Assembly (NCBI GenBank): GCA_964248365.1 | Contig: CAXTYC010000043.1 | Span: 1-35,830, forward strand | Length of the DNA stretch: 35,830 bases | DNA from: an uncultured Chroococcidiopsis sp. | GTDB taxonomy: Bacteria > Cyanobacteriota > Cyanobacteriia > Cyanobacteriales > Chroococcidiopsidaceae | Direction of reading: 5' to 3' | In this document: positions 1-8,900 of the stretch, one piece after another | Layout of the letters: the number at the start of each line of letters is the position of its first letter | Numbering within the stretch: the first letter of the stretch is position 1 | Position numbers and translations under genes: made by a program | Notes under the pieces: model-generated | The model's input: only the letters and a program-made list of their open reading frames with translations | What the model was told of the DNA's origin: nothing | The model's database searches: none

Positions 1-202
1 TCAACACTGTTTTTAGGGGAGGTCTTCTCTTCTGCTGATTCATGCACCAAAGCCGCGCTGAGCTAGAACGCCATGTTGACTGCACTTAATAGCCCGTGCT
101 GGTAATGTCGATTCTGGTAATTCTCCACATACTCTTTGCAATCGTGGGTTCTTTTGTAATGCTTGTCTAAACGGTACGTTTGACTGACATACAAGAGCGA
201 TA

Positions 203-598
203 CTATGCACCACTCCAAACAATCTCGACATCGTAAACTTTAAACAGTGGGTCTGCTGTTAATATGGGTAATTTCTCAACTAATGATTGTGCAATCAGCA
301 TCCGATCAAACGGATGGCGGTGATGAGTCGGTAATGAGAACACTTCAAGCGCATGAGAGTAGGTAATGTTTAAAGCTAAAATCCCCTGCGATTTCATCCG
401 ACTAGTAACGTAGGTAGTAGGCGGTTCGGGTAGAGGCAGTTTCCCCAGTGCTGCTTTAATAGAAATCTCCCATACACTTGCAGATGAAAGGTAAAGTTGA
501 TTCTGCAAATCGGCAAGTAGCGTTTGCGCTCGATCATTTAATCGTTCTGGCTCAGCCAAGCTCCAAAGCCACACTTGAGTATCTAGCAGTAACTTCAC
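203..598 (-). CDS. vapC: PIN-domain (VapC family) toxin, type II TA system
   Basis: 131 aa with PIN motifs LLLDT, SSASVWEISIK, H(H)PFDRMLIAQ and ILTAD. The GTG start overlaps the upstream antitoxin's TGA (GTGA coupling). Confidence 0.9.
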   Translation of the reverse strand: MKLLLDTQVWLWSLAEPERLNDRAQTLLADLQNQLYLSSASVWEISIKAALGKLPLPEPPTTYVTSRMKSQGILALNITYSHALEVFSLPTHHRHPFDRMLIAQSLVEKLPILTADPLFKVYDVEIVWSGA

Positions 599-903
599 TG
601 GCTACAGTCTTCAAAAGCTATTAAAAGTTCATCCGGTAATGGGGCGTTGAAGTCATCTGGGAGTGTATATAATCCCCGATCTTGTCCAAGTGGTCTGACA
701 GCTTGGCTCTTTGGTTCGGGTTGGCGAATTGTTTGCTCTAAAACTTGCTCAAGCTTACCCTCCCCTTGGCTTTGCCCCAATTCGTCTCGTTCCTTCAATA
801 GCCTCAACCCCTCTTGAATCACTTCAGTTACCGAACCATAAAGCCCACTTATGACTTTTTGGGTCACAAACTTTTCCAGTTCCGGTGTTAGAGGCACTTC
901 CAT
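595..903 (-). CDS. Antitoxin with ParD/CC2985-like RHH N-terminus and VapB-type C-terminal tail
   Basis: N-terminus LTPELEKFV..KV.SGLY.S..EVI.EGLRLL is ParD/CC2985-like. C-terminus RPLG..RG....PDDFNAPLPDELL..FE is typical of antitoxins paired with this PIN class. Directly upstream of and coupled to vapC. Confidence 0.8.
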   Translation of the reverse strand: MEVPLTPELEKFVTQKVISGLYGSVTEVIQEGLRLLKERDELGQSQGEGKLEQVLEQTIRQPEPKSQAVRPLGQDRGLYTLPDDFNAPLPDELLIAFEDCSQ

Positions 904-1067
904 CTATTTCGCTCCAAGATGCTGTCTCTAACGTTTAGTATATCTAACCAAAAACATGGTTATCTATTGTTCCAGCAGCACAGTATATGTTTACTACTTG
1001 CACAGAGACACTTGCACTAGTACAGTTGCAAGCGTCTTTTTGAGATAGTGGCTGTGTATTCTTGCCG

Positions 1068-1319
1068 TTAGTCAATGTAGATCGCTAACACTAATTCTCT
1101 GTGCTGCTTTCTCAATTCTTCAGCCGCGATGTGCTTCTGGGCTATCCTCTCGCCCTCATCAAAGCTGTTAGCTTTTGAGCGCAAACATCGCTCTTCCACC
1201 CAAACTTAATACCAATCCCACTTCGGATCGTAGACTACCGATCACTGCTTAAACAAAAAAGTATTTTTTTATTTGCCCTTCGCTTCAATTGTTTTTGAAA
1301 TTGCTTTGAGACTCTTGAT
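1068..1319 (-). pseudogene. Degraded fragment of a hypothetical protein gene
   Basis: One 84-codon frame, IKSLKAISKTIEAKGK*KNTFLFKQ*SVVYDPKWDWY*VWVEERCLRSKANSFDEGERIAQKHIAAEELRKQHRELVLAIYID*, with three internal stops. The 5' end stops at the solo IS6 end at 1320. Confidence 0.35.
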
Positions 1320-1383
1320 GGTTGTGTTGCAAAAACGGGAGCGACAGATGGTAAGGTGAGAACTCGTGTCTGTTAATTCTCAT
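1320..1383 (+). mobile_element. Solo terminal fragment (IR plus subterminal leader) of the IS6-family element
   Basis: 63/64 nt identical to the reverse complement of 5837-5900; begins GGTTGTGTTGCAAAAAC. Confidence 0.9.
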
Positions 1384-1509
1384 ATCAAATCCGTTTAATT
1401 GCACACAACTAAGCTGCCGTTTGAGGCCACCAGTGATAGTTAGTTAGCCCCTGAATTAGAGCTTGCTGCTGAAGTAATGTGCGACAGCGATGAAATAGCT
1501 TTTCTTCTA

Positions 1510-2163
1510 ATACCAATTTAAACAGAGAAGACGACAAATGGTCTAAACTCGAACTAGGTGCTTAGAACGCAAAAAATGGCAGGAGTGACATCGATTCAAG
1601 TTCAAGAAAGTCTAGAGGAATTAGCCGAACGACTGCGACAGGAACAAAACCCAAGAATGAAGGAACGGGTGCAAGTCCTCTACTGGCTCAAACAGGAGAA
1701 TGCACCCAGCATCAGCGTTGTTGCCAAGGCAATCGGACGGCATCGAGCTACCCTACAACAGTGGCTTGGAACTTATCGAGAGACTTGGACTCGAAGCAAT
1801 GCTGTCAATCAAGAAAAGCCTTGGAGGAAGTCGAGTGATTCCAAAGTGGGCAGAACAACGATTAGCACATCGATTGGAGTCAGCCCAGGAGGGGTTTAAG
1901 AGCTACGGCGAGGTGCAGCAGTGGTTAGAGACTACTTTGGGAGTCGAAGCGGAGTATCATACGGTGTATCAGATGACGCGCTACCGCCTCAAGGCAAAAC
2001 TCAAAGTACCTCGTCCACAAAATAGCAAGCAAGACCCTGTTGAGTTAGACACGTTTAAAAAAACCTTGCAGATGACCTTGAGTTGCTAAAACACTACGCT
2101 TGTCAGGTGCGTCAAGATCAACGACCGATTCGCTATTTTGCTCAAGATGAAAGCCGCTTTGGA
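1510..2163 (+). mobile_element. IS630-family element, 3'-truncated and frameshifted (transposase pseudogene from ATG 1576)
   Basis: TA followed by an ATACCAATTT end. HTH/winged-helix region split by a frameshift near 1783. TTTAAAAAAA slippery site at 2054-2063 leads into ...PIRYFAQDESRFG (first catalytic Asp motif), where the element ends. Confidence 0.85.
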
Positions 2164-2164
2164 C

Positions 2165-2878
2165 AATAAAATGTTGGCGGCTGTTGGGCGGGTACTAAAA
2201 GAAGCTTGGAAGTTGGGGCAGATGTCAGCAGAGGACTACCACCGCGCCATCGCAATCGAACGACGAACGGGGCAACGGCTACTCAAAGGCAGAGCGTTGA
2301 GCGCAGGTGAAATTGCAGCAATACTAAATGTATGTTGTCAAGACGAGTCGGTGAAGGGATGCCGTGATGCGGCGTTAATTGCAGTTTTATACGGGGCAGG
2401 AGTGCGCCGAACAGAAGTCGTAGCTTTAGAACTAGAGGATTGGAATATTGTCGATTACTGTTTGACTGTGCGTAGAGGCAAGGGGGATAAGGATCGGACT
2501 ACTTACCTCGACGATGGTGCAGCCCAGGCGTTACTCGCCTGGCTAGCGGTGCGAGGAGAGCATAAAGGAACGATATTTCATCCCTTGCGTAAAGGTGGAA
2601 AAATTGAAATGCGATCCCTAAGCGACCAAGCGGTGTTGGACATAATGCATAAGCGGGGGAGGGAGGCACAGGTTGCTGACTTCTCACCACATGACTTCCG
2701 CCGTACTTTCATCAGTAACTTATTAGATGCTGGCGCGGACATTAGCACCGTCCAGAAATTAGCAGGTCATGCCAGTCCTGTCACTACTGCCCGATATGAT
2801 CGTCGGGGAGAAGCCACTAAGCGCAAGGCAGTCAATTTGTTGCATACTCCTTACTTAAAGAGTGAGCGCCCTGAATAA
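2165..2878 (+). pseudogene. Tyrosine recombinase/integrase A, 5'-truncated; catalytic domain intact
   Basis: R (GVRRTE), K (GKGDK), HxxR (HDFRR), H (LAGH) and Y (TARY) are all present. Most of the N-terminal core-binding domain is replaced by IS630 sequence. Possible restart at ATG 2171. Confidence 0.85.
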
Positions 2879-2881
2879 TAA

Positions 2882-3130
2882 ATTACGCTCCGACCAGCCA
2901 AACATGATAATATTGGTTGTGTTTGTTTTCCCCTAAAGCCATCGCTTGCCCTAGACCATTACTGAGTAATGGAAACGGCAAGAAAATAAGACTGTAGAAG
3001 CCAGATTAGCCGCTATTTCTCTCTCATTCACTAAAGCCAAAACTGAAGGCACAACGCTTGGGCTACGATGGTATTTACAAAATGGTGCGCGGACTGGGGC
3101 GCATTGCTTGCGGAATGTTGGTTCAGGAGT
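2882..3130 (+). pseudogene. Tyrosine recombinase B remnant, 5' segment
   Basis: Degraded frames read ITLRPAKHD..., then PD*PLFLSHS...QRLGYDGIYKMVRGLGRIACGMLVQE. This continues in frame into 4761+ once the ISAs1 and one TSD copy are removed. Confidence 0.65.
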
Positions 3131-3559
3131 CAGGGCAAACGCATCGAATAAATGCATAATGAAATACTAAGAAGCGCTTTGGGCTAAAAAATCTGGAAAT
3201 AGCAGACCGGAGTAATGCTTAAGGCTAAATCAGGAGGTTGGAAGCCTCAGATTCTCTTCTATAAATTCATTTAGCCAATAACTTGATGCGTAAAATCCTA
3301 GACTATCTTCAATGCATACTTCAATGCAGAGATAGCCTAATCTTGCAGTTAAATTTGGCGTTCATTTTTTATCCAAAAAGAACGGAAGCGAGATATCCAT
3401 TATCCCAACCAGCCTTTAGTCGTTTGTTTTTGATTCCAGTTTTTACTGATTTATTTTGTTGCAGGAGACTATGAGCTATATGACGTAGGATAGCAAAATT
3501 CTGGGGAGCATTATCCTTTCTAATTCGACTATCATCCTCAGGAAAAGCTACATCTAATA

Positions 3560-3601
3560 AAGGAGGTTCTGCGGGGGTTGCTGACCCCGCAGACACTCCG
3601 C
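3560..3601. repeat. 42-bp GC-rich hairpin inserted in frame in the ISAs1 transposase
   Basis: Removing AAGGAGGTTCTGCGGGGGTTGCTGACCCCGCAGACACTCCGC restores the conserved HW-V-LD codons. Stem has 13 of 15 pairs. Confidence 0.8.
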
Positions 3602-4022
3602 CCCAATGCAACGAGTTCTCTATTCCCCAATGTTGACCGATTGAACCTGCAAGCAATTTGGCATTATTTGGTAGAGTGCTAATAAAATAACGGGTGTCAA
3701 TCTTGGTTTTACCCTTAACAGTTCTCATTCCATCTGCCCGACCTATACTATGTAGATTCTGCCACTTACCTTCTGGGTCTATTTGATTGTGAACATTACG
3801 GGGGCATTACACAATATCTGGTTTCTTCCCAGCTGTGACTCTCTTGTGATGTGCGCTCTATACTATGTATAAATCCTTGATATTTACTTCTTAGCGCCTC
3901 AGAAAATAATGCTTCTACCCGTTTATATAAAGAGCCTTGGTTCTTTTTTAAGGTAATAATGTAGTCGGCTTCTTGTTGGGCTATTAACTTGACAATCTCC
4001 TTCTGACACCCGATCGCATCTA

Positions 4023-4130
4023 CAGAATCTGGCGACAAAAAAATTAGCTACACCCTTAACCCAAATAGATCATCTGTTACGCCAAGCAGACATGTCGAAG
4101 AGGGTGTAGCTAATTTTTCAAGCCTACCTC
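4023..4130. mobile_element. 108-bp MITE-like insertion
   Basis: Flanked by a CTA duplication (4020-4022, 4131-4133). Perfect 18-bp subterminal IR AAAAATTAGCTACACCCT (4039-4056 / 4101-4118). Removal restores VTI-DAIG. Confidence 0.85.
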
Positions 4131-4760
4131 CTATCGTTACAATGCACCCCCGTAATGATAAAACCTTGATTAGCTCTGGAATTGCTTTGATTTCATTTGA
4201 CTTCTTATCTACCTTTACTTGCCCTAAAACAAGTCTGTTATTTGTTGCCCAAGCACTTACCATAGATATCGCACCTTGGGACTGGGAACGATCATAAGAA
4301 CGACGTAGAGTTTTACCATCAATTGCTATGACTTCCCCTTGAGTCACATTACTGATTGATTTAACCCAACTCAAAAAGCTCTGCTGGAATTGTTCAGGAT
4401 TGAGTCGTGCAAAAACTCGTGCAAACGTATCGTGAGACGGAATCCCATTAGCTAATTCTAAAAACTGGTTGAACCAGTCTTTCTTGGCTAGTCCGTAAGT
4501 TTCTATATCTACCCTGCGTATCAGCTCCACAAATCACTGCACAAATAGCAATAGTAATGATATCAATTAATTTATGCTGGATGCTCCACTCAGCTGTTGG
4601 ATCTTCCATCTCGCCAAAGTGATCTGCAATCGTAATTTTCGGCTTAAGTCTCATCAGGCGTGGTCTAGTTAATTATTTCCTTTTTAGGGAAAGTATTTAT
4701 TCCAGAATACCACTTAGGTGTTTAGTATAAATTTGCGTGCGTTCGCCCTGGTTCAGGAGT

Positions 4761-5065
4761 GGTTTGCACGGCATGAGCTACCTACTGGTGTCAATCAGTC
4801 TCAATCACAACAAATCCAAAAGTTTTTGACAAGCAGCAACCCATCCAATTTTCCGCAGTGGGCGTTGCCACATTTACCACCCCAACTGAAAACAAAAGCC
4901 CAACGATTGAATGCAGTTCATCCACATCAACTGCGCCACACCTTTGCAACTCGTTTAGTGTTGATGGGCATAGACAGTTATCTAGCACGTTCGTTGACAC
5001 GGCATGAAGCGCGAAAGTGCTTATCGACGTTACACTGAGTACGGACGGGCTGTTGCGGCTGAAGC
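4761..5065 (+). pseudogene. Tyrosine recombinase B remnant, 3' segment
   Basis: HPHQLRHTFAT (HxxR), then LTRH, a +1 frameshift, and ESAYRRY (catalytic Tyr region). Ends at the IS6 IR at 5066. Confidence 0.8.
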
Positions 5066-5900
5066 GGTTGTGTTGCAAAAACTTATTGAGAACAGAAAAC
5101 TCCTTGGAGAAGGAATTGATCATGCAGCCACTCCAAAGATTTCAGCAATGAATTTCACCCGTTCTCTGACGGCTCCTTTCTCAACTTTTTCAATTTGTCC
5201 TTTTTTCATCATATGCAAAATTTCGTATCCTTTAATTGTTCGTCGTGCCGTGTTGAATGATTTGAATCCTCTTCCTGGCTTGACCAACCATTTGATAAAT
5301 CTATGGTCCTGCTCAATTCGATTGTTCAAGTACTTGTTCTGTCGCAGTTCCACTGCTTGTGATAGCTGTTTTTTCTGTTTAAGTTCATCAATTGCTTTAG
5401 GGTAAGCCGCATTTTTATCGACTATTAATCACTCTGGCCTCTTGATTATGAATTGCCTTCAATGCTTTACACACAAACCGTTTGGCTGCTTGTGCATCCC
5501 GATGAGCCGTTAGCAAAAAGTCAATGGTCTTCCCTTGTGAATCGACGGCGCGATACAAGTATCTATCCTTGCCTTTTATTTTGATATATGTTTCGTCTAC
5601 TCGCCACGAGCCGTTGGTTGACTGCAAATGAGGTCGGCAGCGTTTTTCCAGTTCGGGCGCATACCCCTAAACCCAACGATAAATCGTTGAGTGGTGAATA
5701 TCCAAGCCCCGCTCATTCACCATCTGTGCTACTTGTCGATAGCGTTTAGGATAGGTGAGATACCAACGCACACATAACAGAATAATTTCGCACTTCATAT
5801 TGCCGCCACTTGAAAGGGTTGGACTTGGACATATAGATGAGAATTAACAGACACGAGTTCTCACCTTACCATCTGTCGCTCCCGTTTTTGCAACACAGCC
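5066..5900 (-). mobile_element. IS6-family IS (835 bp) with degenerate transposase (5120-5832)
   Basis: IRs GGTTGTGTTGCAAAAAC / GTTTTTGCAACACAGCC. Motifs MSKSNPFKWR, SWRVDETY, YLYRAVD and YLNNRIEQDHR. Two frameshifts and one in-frame TAG. No flanking direct repeat seen. Confidence 0.92.
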
Positions 5901-5967
5901 ACAAAGAGTGGCTGCCTAAATCTCCCCATTGCCGTTTTCCAGGGAGAGATAATGTCTTTTGTGAGTA

Positions 5968-8900
5968 TTACTCGATTAACTTGACAATACCTTGGCGTTC
6001 TATTTGCAAGGCTGCCTTGACTGTTTCGTATGCCGCCTCAGCTTTTAACACATCTGCCATTGCCTCTACGGTGATACCAGCGCCACCCATAGCTTCCAAT
6101 TTCTTACAAAGTTGGGAAAGAACCGTCGCACCTAGATTGGCACTTGCCGACCTTAGCCCATGAGCAGCCTGTTGCAACGCTGCTGCATCTTCTGCCGCTA
6201 CTGCGGTACGTATGGCTTGCAGCAGTTGCGGAGCTTCTTCAATATAATTATCGACAAGCTGAGCTAAAACTTCGCTAGCTCTAGCACCCGCCATCTTGCG
6301 TAATGATTGTAACACTTTAACATCAAGAGGATGAGGGGATGAGGGGGTAGTAGAAGAGTACAAGGGGTGGGGAGAATAAGGTGACAAGGGTAACTCCTCC
6401 CCATCTCCTTTTGTGCTTGTCTGTCCCTTCTCTTCTGTGTGTGTCACCCCCTCTCTATTTGGCTGACACTTGCTCAGGGCATTAACGAGTTTTTTTATTT
6501 GAATAGGTTTGCTAATATAGTCATCCATGCCTACTTGCAGACACTGCTCCCGCTCGGACCGGGTGACATAGGCTGTCATGGCAATAATCCTTGGTCGCTG
6601 CCCTAGTAGCCATTCCTGGTAAATACGACGGGTGGCAGTCAATCCGTCCATTTCTGGCATCTGTAAGTCCATTAATACCACATCATATACTTGACGACGC
6701 AGCGATTGCAGTACCTCTAGTCCATTGCCGACTGCATCGGCTCGATACCCAAGCTGCTCCAAAATTAGCAGGGCAACCTGCTGGTTTACCATATTATCTT
6801 CAGCTAATAGAATCCGTAGGGGTAAGTGTTGAGCAAGTTTAGGTATCGGTTGTATAAGCTCCTCATCAGGAGTATTTAGTTTGATCGAACTGGCTTGAGT
6901 AACCAATGTAAAATAAAAGCTGGAACCAATACCCACTTGGCTCTCGACCCAGATGCGTCCTCCCATGATTTCTGTTAGCTGTTTACAAATAGCAAGACCT
7001 AACCCCGTGCCTCCATAGCGACGGGTGATGGAAGAATCACCTTGGCTGAAGGACTTGAACAGTTGCTTTTTCTGCTCATCAGGAATGCCAATGCCTGTAT
7101 CCTTAACAGCAAATTGAATTTCGTACAGAGGCAACAGATCAGAGGCGTGAGGCTCCGATTCAGGTGAGAGGCTTGGATCAGGTGAGAGGTCAGTTTTTTC
7201 TTTGGCTTCCATATCTGTACTACTAGAAGCCTTTCCTTCGTGGGGCAACGTACCCCTTATTTCTTGCCTGTACAATGCACCCTCTTGTCTTTTGCCTCTT
7301 GCCTGTGAAGCAGTTACCGAAACAGTAACTTCCCCAACTGAGGTAAATTTGACCGCATTACTGAGCAAATTCGCTAAAACTTGGCTTAGCCGAGCAGCAT
7401 CTCCGATAATCGTGTTTGGGGTTTGTGGAGAAATCTTATAGGTTAGCTTTAAGCCTTTTTCTACTGCCTTGGAAGTCACTAAGCCCAGTGTTCGCTCCAC
7501 ACAGGTTTGGAGATCGAAGGGTTGCTTTTCCAGATCGAGTTTGCCAGACTCAATCTTAGAGAGGTCTAGAATATCGTTAATGATCGTGAGTAATGCGTCA
7601 CTGCTGTGGCGAATGATATTGACAAAACCTCTTTGTTCTGGTAAGAGTCTCGAATTCAAAAGCAGCCCTGTCATGCCAATGACGGCATTGAGCGGGGTAC
7701 GGATCTCATGGCTCATCATTGCCAGAAATTTGCTCTTGGCTTGGTTGTCTGCTTCAGCTGCTTCTTTAGCTTTTTGCAGTTCTAACTCTCCCCGCTTGCG
7801 CTCGGTGATATCACGCACAATTGCCATCACTTCATTTTCAGCACTCACGACAATCCGCGCTTCGTAATCGTGCAGTTGGTTTTGCCCTAGTAACTGGTAC
7901 TCAAAAATTTGTACTTCCTCGGTAGCCAGTGCTTGCTGGATGTAGTACATTGCAGATTTCGCCACTTCTGGCGGCAATACCTCATCAACTTTTTTGCCTA
8001 AAAGCTCACTGGGTGGTAGCAGCAACTGATCGTCTTTAGATGCTTTGAAGTTGACATAAGTGCCATCAGCACTAATGCGAAATAGTAAATCTGGCATGGC
8101 GTTAATTATGGCGCGATTAGTCGCCAGACTCGAACGCAGTGCTTCCTCCGCCTGCTTGCGCTGGGTAATGTCGCGGTAAGTGGTAACGATACCAGCTACA
8201 CTCGGCTCAGCCAGTAAATTATTAGCGATCGCTTCAAAATCTCGCCACGAACCATCTACGTGCTGTAAACGAAACTCGGCTTTGATGTTAGTAGCTGAAG
8301 AATTTACTGCCTGAGTCAAGAAGCTTTTTGCCTTGGATAGATCGTCATGGTGGACGAGTTCAAAAACGTTTTTGCCAAGCCAATCCTCAGATTCATAACC
8401 TAAAATCTGTTTGACAGATAGACTTGTGTAGCAAACTATGCCATCGGTTGTAATAACCGAAATAATATCAGATGCATTTTGCACTAAGGAGCGGAAGCGC
8501 TCTTCGCTTTGGCGCAGTGCTTCGGCTCTGGCGGTTTCGTTACTGACGCGCCGCTCAAAAAGACAAGCAAGGACGGCTAGGATCAGGATAATTAGAGTGG
8601 CAATTCCAATTCCAATCGCCAATAAAGATTTATTCATGCCATTATATGGCTGTACTACTAATTGTCCTGTCGGTTTGAAGTTAACCGCCGCCATTGCAGT
8701 ATAATGCGCTCCAGCAATGGCGCTACCCATAATGCTGGCACTAGCGATCTTCCGCAAGCTTCCGGTCAACATGGTTTGTGTACGCAGATGGAAAGCCAGC
8801 CAGAGGGCAATCAGAGATGCAAAGATCGCGATCGCAATTGAGAGCGCAACTAGCTTTGGATCGTATTGAGCGATCGCCTCTATGTGCATTGCCGCCATGC

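Larger units (their letters stand above)
3369..4654 (-). pseudogene. ISAs1-family transposase pseudogene
   Basis: Motifs GIPSHDTF, IAIDGKTLR, KSNEI, VTI|DAIGCQ and HWGIENSLHW..LDVAF.ED are spread over four ORF pieces. Frameshifts near 4512 and 3800, plus two insertions. Confidence 0.92.
3131..4750 (-). mobile_element. ISAs1-family IS with terminal IRs and 10-bp target duplication
   Basis: IRs CAGGGCAAACGCA (3131) and TGCGTTCGCCCTG (ending 4750). GTTCAGGAGT is repeated at 3121-3130 and 4751-4760. Confidence 0.92.

Noticed and set aside
40..231. 63-aa ORF downstream of vapC
   Set aside because: Overlaps the vapC 3' end and has no recognisable motif; cannot be supported.
996..1032. ACTTGCAC repeats and CTTGCA..TGCAAG palindrome upstream of the antitoxin as an operator
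   Set aside because: Short arms about 100 nt from the start; could equally be chance or the end of the decayed upstream gene.
2138..2164. ORF-track start of the integrase
   Set aside because: This is IS630 DNA read out of frame, not a native N-terminus.
4718..5405. ORFs 4718-5038, 4791-5123 and 5004-5405 as independent genes
   Set aside because: Chimeras of IS ends, the recombinase remnant and the antisense strand of IS6.
5837..8704. Plus-strand ORFs overlapping the kinase
   Set aside because: Antisense shadows of a well-supported CDS.
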